32,000 nt of DNA from Cenarchaeum sp. (GTDB lineage: Archaea; Thermoproteota; Nitrososphaeria; Nitrososphaerales; Nitrosopumilaceae), in assembly GCA_963693095.2 (NCBI GenBank), contig OY843768.1, positions 174,715 to 206,714 on the forward strand. The letters are read 5' to 3'. A program made the position numbers and the translations under genes. This document shows, piece by piece, positions 8,696 to 17,282 of the stretch (position 1 is its first letter; every line of letters starts with the position of its first letter). The notes under the pieces are model-generated. The model saw only the letters and a list, made by a program, of their open reading frames with translations, did not search any database and was not told the DNA's origin.

Positions 8696-10060
8696 TTAGC
8701 TCATCGCCACGGCCAAGAGGCAGTGAGTCGTCGCCCTGGTCACCTCGGCCTCTAGGCGCTCTCCTGCCGGGGCACTGCCGCACCCATCAACGTCGAGCTG
8801 CCTGTAGGCCCCGTTGCGGCCCACCATGCCTCGCTCGCCCCTGCCGGTGAGCCTGACCTGGCCCTTCCAGCCGACCCACGCCTCGCTGGCCTCGAGTACG
8901 ATCCTGCCGGCCAGGTCGTGTATCTCCTTGCTGCGCCGCTTGACGGCCCGCTCGTCGGGGCGCTCGAGCAGGGCCGCCTCGGTGCCCGGCCTGGAGCTGT
9001 ACCTGGAGAGGTTTACAATGTCAGGCCGCGTCTCCTCGAGGAGGCGCACGGTCTGCGCATGGTCATCGTCAGTCTCGCCGGGATAGCCGACGATGATGTC
9101 AGTGGCCACGGTAAATCTCGCAAAGCGCCGCCTCATCGTCTCGCACGCGCGCGCAAACGTCTGCGCCGTGTGACCACGCTTCATCGCGCCGAGGATGGCG
9201 TCGCTTCCGCTCTGGACGGGCATGTGGAGGAATCGGTATATGCGCGGATCGGCCTCCATGGCGTCTGCAATGCCGTCAAGCGTGCGACCCGCGTACATTG
9301 GGTTCATCATGCCAACGCGCACGCCAAAGTCGCCCTCGACGTCGCTTACTGCGCGCAATAGCTCCGGCAGGCTCGAGTCGATGTCATGCCCATAGCACCC
9401 GTTGTCAGTCGACGTTAGCCATATCTCACGGCACCCGTCGCGCACATCGGCGCGAACCTGCCTGACGATATCGCCGACGCGATAGCTCTGAAGTCCACCC
9501 TTTGCGAGCTTTGTCTGGCAGAATGAGCACTCACTCATGCACCCGCTTGCAATCTCGACTATTCCCACCAGTGGATCCAGGCGCACCTTTGGCAGGCCGA
9601 CCTTTGTGTCTGTCCCGTCAAGCGCAACGCGCCGCTCGCCGACAAGGGCTGCATTGACAAGCTCGCCGGCGCGCGATATTGCTCCCGGCCCCATCATGCC
9701 GGCCTGCGGCGTAATCTTGCGCACGGTCTCTGGCTCGGCCTTTGCCATGCATCCGGCAACGACTAGTGGTCTTGAGGAGAGGTGTCGCATTCGCTGGATC
9801 ATGCGTCTTGCCGTGGCGTCCTTTACCGAGCACGTGACGATGACACTAGCGTCGGCATCGCCCTCGCCGTCAGCTATCGTGTGGCCCTCTGAGCGCAGGA
9901 CACCGGCGATCATCTCCGAGTCGGCCCTGCTCGCCGAGCACCCGTACTCTTCAATGTGGACCCTCGCCGTGGCCGCCTCACCTGAGTAGCGCGTCCATCT
10001 CGGCGCTCGTTGCAATCCCGCCGGCGACTGCAAGCTCCCTGATCGTCTTGCCTGTTGCAA
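8696..10060 (-). CDS. MiaB/MtaB-family radical-SAM tRNA methylthiotransferase
   Basis: N-terminal UPF0004 cysteines (EEYGCSAS, VTCSVKD, VAGCMAK), radical-SAM CMSECSFC motif and a C-terminal TRAM-like region. Start uncertain. Only TTG codons (10060, 10033, 10015) precede the conserved VHIEEYGC, and all overlap the 3' end of the upstream gene. Confidence 0.8.
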   Translation of the reverse strand: MQQARRSGSLQSPAGLQRAPRWTRYSGEAATARVHIEEYGCSASRADSEMIAGVLRSEGHTIADGEGDADASVIVTCSVKDATARRMIQRMRHLSSRPLVVAGCMAKAEPETVRKITPQAGMMGPGAISRAGELVNAALVGERRVALDGTDTKVGLPKVRLDPLVGIVEIASGCMSECSFCQTKLAKGGLQSYRVGDIVRQVRADVRDGCREIWLTSTDNGCYGHDIDSSLPELLRAVSDVEGDFGVRVGMMNPMYAGRTLDGIADAMEADPRIYRFLHMPVQSGSDAILGAMKRGHTAQTFARACETMRRRFARFTVATDIIVGYPGETDDDHAQTVRLLEETRPDIVNLSRYSSRPGTEAALLERPDERAVKRRSKEIHDLAGRIVLEASEAWVGWKGQVRLTGRGERGMVGRNGAYRQLDVDGCGSAPAGERLEAEVTRATTHCLLAVAMS

Positions 10061-11339
10061 GTGACTCCTTGAAGAGGGCCGCGGCCCTCTGGTAGCCTAT
10101 CTTTGGCGCGAGGAGCGTGACTATGACGGGGCTGCCCTCTATGCGCCCGCGCATCTTGGCCTTGTCAGCACCTAGGCCGTCGATGAGGTTTGCTGCAAAC
10201 TTTGGCCCAAAGCCGGCGAGCATGTCTAGTGAGTCAAGCGTGCGGTCGATCATGACGGGAAGCATGACGTTGAGCTCAAACTGGCCCGCAGACGCCGCTG
10301 CGGCGACTGCGGCATCGTTGCCAGATATTGCGATGCAGACCATGTTCATGCACTCGGCGAGTGACGGGTTTACCTTTCCGGGCATTATCGACGAGCCCGC
10401 ATGGACCGCCGGTATCGAGAGCTCTGCAATTCCGGCGACAGGGCCTGACGCCATGAGCCTAATGTCATTTGACACCCTGCCTAGCTCGACGGCGAGGCCG
10501 CGCAGCGCGCCGGAGAGTGACGCGATGGCCTGCCTGCTCTGGAGGCCATACTGCATGTCTGGCTCGGGGCGCAGTTTTAGCCGCGACACGCGCGCAAGCT
10601 CGGCGACTGCAGCACGCCTGTAGCCGCGCGGAGTGTTTGCGCCAGTTCCTACTGCCGTTCCGCCAAGTGCTACGGCCTCTAGCGGCCTGGCAGCGGCCGC
10701 TATAGAGTCGCGCGCCGACTTTATCGCAGTCGCGTACGCGCCAAACTCGGCGCCAAGCGTGACGGGAAGCGCGTCCATTAGGTGCGTGCGCCCGAGCTTT
10801 TTGTGCGAGGAGAATGCCCTTGACTTTTTTCGCAGCGAGGAGACTATGCGGTCTATGGCCGGAAGCGTGGCCTTTGTGGCGCCGAGTGCGGCCACGTGCA
10901 TTGCTGTGGGAAACGTGTCGTTGCTTGACTGTGACATGTTGACATGGTCGTTTGGGTGGAGGTGCCCGTACTCGCCGCGCCTCTTGCCGAGCTTTTCGAG
11001 GGCGACGTTTGCGATGACCTCGTTTGTGTTCATGTTGAGCGCCGTGCCGGCCCCCGAGTTTATCGCGTCGACTGCAAAGTCCCCCATGTGCTCCCCGCCG
11101 AGTATGGCGTCACACGCCCTGGTTATCGCGCGACCCGTGGACTTTGGAAGGGCGCCGACGCGCATGTTGGCGACAGCCGCTGACCTCTTTGTCATTACAA
11201 ACGCCCTGATGAGGCCGTCATGCGACCTCCTTCCAGTGACCGTGTACTGGGCGATCGCCCTGGCCGTGAATGGCCCATAGTATGCCGAGTATGGCACCTT
11301 TACGTCGCCTAGCGAGTCCGTGTCGGTTCGCGTCTTCAT
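9978..11339 (-). CDS. class II fumarate hydratase / aspartate ammonia-lyase family protein
   Basis: GSSIMPGKVNP signature, SQSSNDTFPTAMH, TDSLGDVKVPYSAYYGPFTARA at the N-terminus. I cannot separate fumarase from aspartase by eye. Confidence 0.85.
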   Translation of the reverse strand: MKTRTDTDSLGDVKVPYSAYYGPFTARAIAQYTVTGRRSHDGLIRAFVMTKRSAAVANMRVGALPKSTGRAITRACDAILGGEHMGDFAVDAINSGAGTALNMNTNEVIANVALEKLGKRRGEYGHLHPNDHVNMSQSSNDTFPTAMHVAALGATKATLPAIDRIVSSLRKKSRAFSSHKKLGRTHLMDALPVTLGAEFGAYATAIKSARDSIAAAARPLEAVALGGTAVGTGANTPRGYRRAAVAELARVSRLKLRPEPDMQYGLQSRQAIASLSGALRGLAVELGRVSNDIRLMASGPVAGIAELSIPAVHAGSSIMPGKVNPSLAECMNMVCIAISGNDAAVAAAASAGQFELNVMLPVMIDRTLDSLDMLAGFGPKFAANLIDGLGADKAKMRGRIEGSPVIVTLLAPKIGYQRAAALFKESLATGKTIRELAVAGGIATSAEMDALLR

Positions 11340-11389
11340 GCAGCCGCGTCGCTGCGCGTCCCGTTAATCACTCTTTGCGGCCCGTCTGC

Positions 11390-11500
11390 GTATGAGGTCA
11401 GCACCCTCGCCTGTTCATGCCTGGGCAGACGCCGCAGTGGCAAGTCGATATGCCGGATCACGCCCATTTGGTCAAATGGGCAGAGGTGCTGACCTCATAC
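11390..11500. repeat. repeat element A: 111-bp unit with perfect 16-bp terminal inverted repeats and one palindrome-containing ~50-bp unit
   Basis: GTATGAGGTCAGCACC (11390-11405) is the exact reverse complement of GGTGCTGACCTCATAC (11485-11500). Inside, 11462-11481 is the 20-bp palindrome GCCCATTTGGTCAAATGGGC. Confidence 0.75.
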
Positions 11501-11506
11501 TGGTAG

Positions 11507-12829
11507 CTAGAGCATTGCCGGAACCTTGAGCCGCTCGAGCGCATTGTGCGCCTTTATGCGATATAGCGCAGCGTCGCGCTCGGCCTCCACAAAGTCAAGG
11601 CGCCTGACCATGTCTGGCAGGTCGGGTATGAGCGCAGACCCCTCGCACTTTTCCTGGTAGTGATTTGCGTTGACCCGAACCCATTCGGAGGCGACCGAGG
11701 CGAGGAAGAGGAGTCCGTCGTATCCAAGCGCTGACTCAAGTGCCGCAGAGAATGACTCGCGGTTCGCATTTGCGCTCCACCGAACTGCCATGTCGCGCAG
11801 GCGCGATATCTCGCCTGCGTGGCTTGTGAGATCCCTGGTAATCGCATCGTCAGGAAACGATGCTCCACTGGCGTCGCGCATTCTGCCATGTAGGTCAAAA
11901 AGTATGTGGAGCTCTATGACCATCTGCTTGACACAGTTGAGGATCTTGTGGCGCTCTAGTCGGTTCCACAGTGGCGAGAGCGTGTTGCCCATCGACTGCA
12001 CCTCGTTTTGCAGCCTGTGCCGACCAAGTGCGTCATACAGCGCACACCTGATCCTGATCAGCTCGGAGGCGGTGTGGATTGCGCCATCTCCCATCTGGTC
12101 ATAGTCAGCACAGTGGGTTGGGTTCTGCGCCACATACGCGTCTATCCTGCTGGAGAGACTTGCCCAGTCAGACAGCCCGATTGGCGCCTCGGAGGGAATC
12201 TTGGAGAGTGCGGCGCAGAATGACTCTGGCATTGCGTGCAATAGCCCATCAAGCAGCGCCAGGGCCATGGTTGCGCACGCAAAGTACGGCCGTTCTGCAC
12301 CGTGGCTGGCCACCATGGCGCTGTCTGGTGACTGGCCTACCTCGACCATTCCGTTGCCCGGACTGGCTATCCTGTCACGCATGTCAGGCATCCCCAAGAC
12401 AAGTTTGCGCACCTCGTCAGATAGCGGCTGCAGGTGTGAGAGTTCGACCTTTGCGTCCTTAAGCTGTGAGAGCAGCCCGTCATACATGTCGACGAACCGG
12501 TGGAGGTCGAGCGCAAGGTACTGCAGGCTAGACTTTATCAGGCAATGATCCTCATCAGACGTTCCCGGCACGAGGCCTGCCGCCTCGCGCAGCGCAAAGT
12601 CCAGCCCAATGCGAAACTCAAACATGTCAACGAGCGTCCGGTCAAGCTTGCCCTGTCTCCCGCTGCCTGACGTGGGGGCCATGTATGCGGCGTGGGTACG
12701 GTGTATGGGCGAGGCGCACTCGGCCCCGCAATCGGCACTGCACTCGCCTGGCGCCTCATCAAGCCAATAGTCCCACATTAGCGATTGCCCCCGTGTGAGG
12801 GCGTGACATCCGTCATGCCACTGCCGCAC
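11507..12829 (-). CDS. hypothetical protein, 440 aa, mostly helical, Cys-rich N-terminus; no family recognised
   Basis: Long ORF with genome-typical GC; the ORFs on the opposite strand are shorter shadow ORFs. N-terminus has ECSADCGAECASPIH. Start is GTG 12829 or ATG 12778. Confidence 0.6.
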   Translation of the reverse strand: MRQWHDGCHALTRGQSLMWDYWLDEAPGECSADCGAECASPIHRTHAAYMAPTSGSGRQGKLDRTLVDMFEFRIGLDFALREAAGLVPGTSDEDHCLIKSSLQYLALDLHRFVDMYDGLLSQLKDAKVELSHLQPLSDEVRKLVLGMPDMRDRIASPGNGMVEVGQSPDSAMVASHGAERPYFACATMALALLDGLLHAMPESFCAALSKIPSEAPIGLSDWASLSSRIDAYVAQNPTHCADYDQMGDGAIHTASELIRIRCALYDALGRHRLQNEVQSMGNTLSPLWNRLERHKILNCVKQMVIELHILFDLHGRMRDASGASFPDDAITRDLTSHAGEISRLRDMAVRWSANANRESFSAALESALGYDGLLFLASVASEWVRVNANHYQEKCEGSALIPDLPDMVRRLDFVEAERDAALYRIKAHNALERLKVPAML

Positions 12830-13074
12830 ATGGTCACCCCGGTGCGATGATCCCTGCAGCCCATACCGCGCAAATCTCCAACATTATGTTATATGTTTTG
12901 CTGCATGGACTAGCCTCGCGAATTCGCGTGTCGGCCGCATTGTGGCGGCGTTGGAAGCGTGTGCCAGCCTCAACACGCCATGCTGCTGCGATCATGCGGC
13001 GATGGCGGGCATTTGGCAAGCAGGCGGCTCGGATCCTTGCGATCAAAAAGCTTTAACTAGAAGCGGATCGAAGT

Positions 13075-13611
13075 GTGGGCAGTGAGGTCATACGACGCAT
13101 GAGCGACAAAGGTCAACCAGATCACGGGAGCACGTCTGTGGACAGGCATGAAAGTGAGGACGTGTGCCGTACACTTGAAGCGACCATGGGCATAATCGTT
13201 CGTGTTGGACGCATAGATTATGATGTTGCAGAGTATCTTGCATGCACACAAGCAAGATCAGCCGAAAATATGCGTGGCGAAAAACGTCGGAAAATCCTGA
13301 GGCATGTTTATAGTATGAACGCGGTGATACGATACAACAATGTCAGAGGAGACCTGAATCGTAAAGACATTGACAACTCACTGAAAATGGTGAGGCGAGT
13401 ACGAAACGGCCTGGCTCATTGTGTAGAACAGATAACCCCAGACGGAGTAACGGGCAATTATGAGGTTCCGATAAGCTATAGCGCAAAATATCTGAGGCAG
13501 GTATTGAAGACTGCCGATTTATGCTCAAAAGACATAACAAAATCATTTCTGAAAAAACAACAATATGTCAAATGGAAGGAGATCGGCAAGTCAGAGACAA
13601 AAGTTGCATAG
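13075..13611 (+). CDS. hypothetical protein with RNxxxH (HEPN-like) motif, encoded in an AT-rich islet
   Basis: 178-aa ORF in a visibly AT-rich stretch (~13050-13700). The motif SLKMVRRVRNGLAHCVEQ (RNGLAH encoded at 13402-13419) matches the R-[N/polar]-x3-H HEPN ribonuclease signature. Start is GTG 13075 or ATG 13099. A TATA-like AAAAAGCTTTAACTAG lies just upstream. Confidence 0.5.
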   Translation: MGSEVIRRMSDKGQPDHGSTSVDRHESEDVCRTLEATMGIIVRVGRIDYDVAEYLACTQARSAENMRGEKRRKILRHVYSMNAVIRYNNVRGDLNRKDIDNSLKMVRRVRNGLAHCVEQITPDGVTGNYEVPISYSAKYLRQVLKTADLCSKDITKSFLKKQQYVKWKEIGKSETKVA

Positions 13612-13779
13612 GGCGGGGATTTTGACCCCCCCATGATATCTTTATTGGCGTTTTGTCTAGAACTATCTCGACAGGACCTGTATTTCACATTGAAATGATG
13701 GCGAAGGACTCGAATGGGCGACCACTACTTTCCGTGCAAAACAAGAGACGGGGCTTTGTCCACAATGATCCCTCAAAAG

Positions 13780-14063
13780 GTATGAGGCCAGCACCACGTG
13801 TGATCATTTGACCAAATGGATGCACCTTGTCCATCTACTTGCCACTGCGACGTCTGTCTAGGCACGAACGAGCGGTGGTGTTGACCAGGCCCGGCGCCCT
13901 AGAGAGATCCTCGATGGCCTCGATCCTGCCGTTGAGCTGCGCCACCATGCTGTCCGGGTTCCGGTCCTGTTGCCCCGTCACGCCCCTGGGGCAGGCGTCG
14001 CGGCAGATGGATCGGCAGGATCACGCCTATTTGGTCAAATGGGCAGGGGTGCTGACATCATAC
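13780..14063. repeat. repeat element B: 284-bp unit bounded by two inverted copies of the ~50-bp palindrome-containing unit
   Basis: Left copy 13780-13826 (GTATGAGGCCAGCACC...CATTTGACCAAATGG) and right copy 14013-14063 (...CCTATTTGGTCAAATGGGCAGGGGTGCTGACATCATAC) are in inverted orientation. The terminal 16-mers are complementary at 14/16 positions. Confidence 0.75.
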
Positions 14064-14080
14064 CCCAAAACCCATGATCC

Positions 14081-14092
14081 CCTTATATATGG
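14081..14092 (+). promoter_or_regulatory. TATA-box-like element of the nirK-like gene
   Basis: CCTTATATATGG lies ~20-30 nt upstream of the ATG at 14112 and 18 nt downstream of repeat element B. Confidence 0.5.
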
Positions 14093-14111
14093 GCCAAATG
14101 GGGGCGTGGCA

Positions 14112-15494
14112 ATGAACACAAGACAACTACGCACGCTACTCCCCGTGGCCGCAGTCGCGGCAGTGGGGATGACGCTGCTAGGAAGCTCCTACACGCAGAC
14201 ACAGATATCGGGCATGACGCTAGACACGTCAGCACTAGACATTGACGCCATACAGCAGATCCACGACATGGGCGGCCTCAGGCTAGTCATGCCGGAGGCA
14301 TTCGCACAGATGGACTGTGGCGACCTTGACACATCAGGGCGCGACATAGTCAACCTGGACCTAATCGGCGAGAGCGTAATGCTGCCGATCATGGGTCACA
14401 CCGCAGAGAACCCAAAGACATTCCATGCAATGACCTTTAACGGCCAGGTGCCAGCACCTACGCTGAGGGTCACGCAGGGCGATGTTGTGAGGATGACGCT
14501 GACGATTCCGGACGGTGAACTAACGCCGCACGGCAACGACATGCACGCCTCACAGATATCGGCAACAAACTTCGATGCGGTAAACCCAGGCGAGTCAGCA
14601 ACGTACTGCTACATAGCACACGTTCCAGGCGTCTTCAAGTACCACTGCTCGGGCGTTAACGTCGCGGCTATGGACCAGCACGTCCTCTCGGGCATGTATG
14701 GCATAGCCATCGTCGACCCGCTCGACGGCTACAAGAGGCTCATGGTCGAAAAGACGGCAGTAGAGAACGGAGAGGTCGTAAAGGACAGGATGTTCTATCC
14801 GCCTGACGCACTCGAGTTCCAGCTGCAGTACAACCAGCTCTACCTGACTGACTCTGGCACATATGACAGCACGGCAATGTTCAAGCACCAAAACACGCAG
14901 ACAGTCGTCAACGGAATGCAGTTCGGATACGTCCCCAACGAGACGCACAACACCCTAGTCAAAGATGATCCCAAAAAGAACATCTTTGTGGCACAGCCAT
15001 GGAACTCCGAAGACCTCGCACAGTACCAGTCGCAGCTCCTCTTCGTGGAGACCGACCAGCACGTGAGGTTCTTTGTTGAGAACCAGGGCAACGAGCCGGT
15101 GTTCTTCCACATTGTCGGCGAGATCCTAGACAGGGTCACGCAGGGCAACAGAGTCCAGTCCGGGCCTACCGAGACGTGGCTCCTTGGAGGATCGCAGAAC
15201 ATGATCGTCGACGTCGTCTTTGACGAACCGGGCGTATACGTCGCAGTCAACCATGACTATGCGGCGATATTCTCTGGTGCGGCGACGATCATAGTGGCTG
15301 GAGACCCCTTTGGCCTGGTCGAAAAGCACGACCTGCCAGATGCAGTGTCCAAGTCATACGCGTATGCGCTAGGAAACCCGAGTGACGCAGTCCCTCCGAT
15401 GGGAGATCAGAGCATGGAGCACCCAATGGTGAACCTGCACGGCCTCTACACCGACGAGCGGGCTGCAGAGCTCAGCACACAGCTCGGCCTATAG
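14112..15494 (+). CDS. nirK: NirK-like two-domain multicopper oxidase (copper nitrite reductase family) with signal peptide
   Basis: MNTRQLRTLLPVAAVAAVGMTLLG signal-like N-terminus. PHGNDMHA matches NirK HNIDFHA (T1 and T2 His). YHCSGVNVAAMDQHVLSGM supplies the His-Cys...His...Met ligands. FFHIVGE and VAVNHDY are in domain 2. ORF 13827..15494 trimmed to the ATG at 14112, because the upstream part is repeat element B. Confidence 0.8.
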   Translation: MNTRQLRTLLPVAAVAAVGMTLLGSSYTQTQISGMTLDTSALDIDAIQQIHDMGGLRLVMPEAFAQMDCGDLDTSGRDIVNLDLIGESVMLPIMGHTAENPKTFHAMTFNGQVPAPTLRVTQGDVVRMTLTIPDGELTPHGNDMHASQISATNFDAVNPGESATYCYIAHVPGVFKYHCSGVNVAAMDQHVLSGMYGIAIVDPLDGYKRLMVEKTAVENGEVVKDRMFYPPDALEFQLQYNQLYLTDSGTYDSTAMFKHQNTQTVVNGMQFGYVPNETHNTLVKDDPKKNIFVAQPWNSEDLAQYQSQLLFVETDQHVRFFVENQGNEPVFFHIVGEILDRVTQGNRVQSGPTETWLLGGSQNMIVDVVFDEPGVYVAVNHDYAAIFSGAATIIVAGDPFGLVEKHDLPDAVSKSYAYALGNPSDAVPPMGDQSMEHPMVNLHGLYTDERAAELSTQLGL

Positions 15495-15564
15495 CCAACA
15501 GCACACTATCTTCATTTTTCATCTCCCAAATCGTTATAACCCGTGCGCACGCCCCTCGGCCACG

Positions 15565-16494
15565 TTGGCCGCAAACTCTGCCCTGATATGCGACAAGGTT
15601 GACCCCATACTCAACAAGATACTCTCCGATAACGGGATTGAGGTGACCTACGAGCCAGAGATCACGCCTGAGGCCCTCCTCGAGTCAGTCGCAGACTGCA
15701 CGATAATCGTCGTGCGCAGCCGCACAAAGGTGACCTCTGAGGTCATTGCGCGCGCTACGTCATGTAAGATAGTCGCGCGTGTCGGAGTCGGCCTAGACAA
15801 CATCGACACTGAGGCGTGCAAGGCGCGCGAGATACGCGTCCTCAACGCAGTCGAGGGCGCGATGAACGCCGTCGCCGAGCTCGTCCTGGCTCTCATGCTC
15901 TCGATGGCACGCCAGATACCACGCGCCGATGCTGCCCTGCGCGAGGGGCGCTGGCTCAAAAAGGAGCTCGTGGGCAGCGAGCTGCGCGGCAAGTACCTCG
16001 GGATCGTCGGCATGGGCAACATTGGCAAGCGCCTCGCGCGCCTCGCGCGCTCGCTAAACATGAACATAATCGGCTATGACGTCGTGCCCATCGACGCCGA
16101 GCTCTCGCGCGAAGTTGGGCTGATGAAGGCCGACCTTGACACGCTGTTCCAGAGCTCCGACTATGTCTCGCTCCACGTGCCCCTCCTCGACTCGACGAAA
16201 AACCTCGTTGATGCGCGACGCCTTGCGATGATGAAGCCGACTGCACGCCTCATCAACACGTCGCGTGGGGGAATAGTTGACGAGGATGCGCTATATGACG
16301 CAGTCTCATCAGGCAAGCTTGCCGGCGCGGCACTTGACGTCTTTGATGTCGAGCCGGCCACGTCTAGCCGGCTCAGGGAGCTCGAGCAGGTTGTCCTCAC
16401 GCCGCACATGGGCGCGCAGACGGCCGAGGCCCAGGGACTTGCGGCCAACGTCATTGGCGAAAAGATAGTGCAGGCAGTGCGCGGCGTCATCTAG
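15565..16494 (+). CDS. D-isomer-specific 2-hydroxyacid dehydrogenase, SerA-like (short form, no ACT domain)
   Basis: VARVGVGLDNID, NAD motif GIVGMGNIGKRLARLA, HVPL, and RLINTSRGGIVDE...LDVF...E...TPHMGA catalytic region. TTG start at 15565, with a TATA-like GTTATAAC ~28 nt upstream. Confidence 0.8.
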   Translation: MAANSALICDKVDPILNKILSDNGIEVTYEPEITPEALLESVADCTIIVVRSRTKVTSEVIARATSCKIVARVGVGLDNIDTEACKAREIRVLNAVEGAMNAVAELVLALMLSMARQIPRADAALREGRWLKKELVGSELRGKYLGIVGMGNIGKRLARLARSLNMNIIGYDVVPIDAELSREVGLMKADLDTLFQSSDYVSLHVPLLDSTKNLVDARRLAMMKPTARLINTSRGGIVDEDALYDAVSSGKLAGAALDVFDVEPATSSRLRELEQVVLTPHMGAQTAEAQGLAANVIGEKIVQAVRGVI

Positions 16495-17260
16495 CGCGGC
16501 GCGCAATTCGCGCAGCAGCGGCCCCGCCGCCGATTCCATTGTCAATGTTCACCGTTGCGAGTCCCGGCGAGCAGCTCTGCAGCATGGATGCCAGCGCGGC
16601 GGCCCCGCGGCCGGCATGGCCGTACCCGACTGACGTCGGGATGCCGATGACGGGTATGTCGACTAGCGAGGAGACTACTGTGGCGAGGGCTCCCTCCATT
16701 CCGGCCACGACAATGATCGCCCCAACGTCACCTTTGGCCATTTGCTCCACTGCCGGAAACACCCTTCCGAGGGCCGCAATCCCTACGTCGTACTCGGTTG
16801 TGCACTTGCAGTCCATGGCCTCGCACATGAGGCGGGCCTCCTCGGCGACGCCAATGTCTGACGTGCCGGCGGCCATTATGCCGACGCGCCCGAGCACGCG
16901 CCGCCTGCGCCCCTTTTTTGCCAGCACGGCAGTCGAGCGGCGCGCAAGCGTGACGCTTGCGCCCAGTGACCTGAGGTGGGCTGCCAGCGCACCCCTCTCC
17001 CTTGCGCGAACCCTTGACACCAGCGCGACGCCCGAGCTCTTGAGGAGCCTTGATGCTATGGCCCTAGTCTCGGCTGCAGTCTTTGTCGAGGCGAGGACTA
17101 CCTCGGGTGCGCCGGTTCGATCGCGCCTTGATGTGTCAACGCGCGCAAACCCGCCTACGCGCTCTATGGAGTTGAGCGAGATTAGCGTTCGTGCGCGCTG
17201 CGCGCCGATGCGCCCTGACTGCAGCGACTCTAGTATCTCGTCGAGCTCCATCGCGCGCAT
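16487..17260 (-). CDS. larB: LarB-like (PurE-related) nickel-pincer cofactor biosynthesis carboxylase/hydrolase
   Basis: ~120-aa N-terminal domain followed by a PurE-like domain (VGIMAAGTSDIGVAEEA...VVAGMEGALATVVSSLVDIPVIGIPTSVGYG). This matches the COG1691/LarB architecture, and larC and larE are nearby. Confidence 0.75.
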   Translation of the reverse strand: MRAMELDEILESLQSGRIGAQRARTLISLNSIERVGGFARVDTSRRDRTGAPEVVLASTKTAAETRAIASRLLKSSGVALVSRVRARERGALAAHLRSLGASVTLARRSTAVLAKKGRRRRVLGRVGIMAAGTSDIGVAEEARLMCEAMDCKCTTEYDVGIAALGRVFPAVEQMAKGDVGAIIVVAGMEGALATVVSSLVDIPVIGIPTSVGYGHAGRGAAALASMLQSCSPGLATVNIDNGIGGGAAAARIARRAR

Positions 17261-17282
17261 TCTGAGCTGTGCGGATAAATAC

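Noticed and set aside
13007-13040. Possible seventh, degenerate copy of the palindromic unit (GGGCATTTGGCAAGCAGG...GGATCCTTGCG)
   Set aside because: Only a half-palindrome plus a GATCCT-like tail survive, and gaps are needed to align it. It is too weak to call by eye but should be included in a profile search.
12834-13056. Two mutually overlapping ~70-aa Arg-rich ORFs on opposite strands in the spacer between the 440-aa gene and the HEPN-like gene
   Set aside because: They mirror each other, have only a weak start (TTG for the minus-strand one) and have no motif. I cannot tell whether either is real. The region more likely holds divergent promoters.
13827-14111. 95-codon N-terminal extension of the nirK-like ORF
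   Set aside because: The extension consists of repeat element B sequence. A TATA-like box and a signal-peptide-encoding ATG at 14112 give a far better start.
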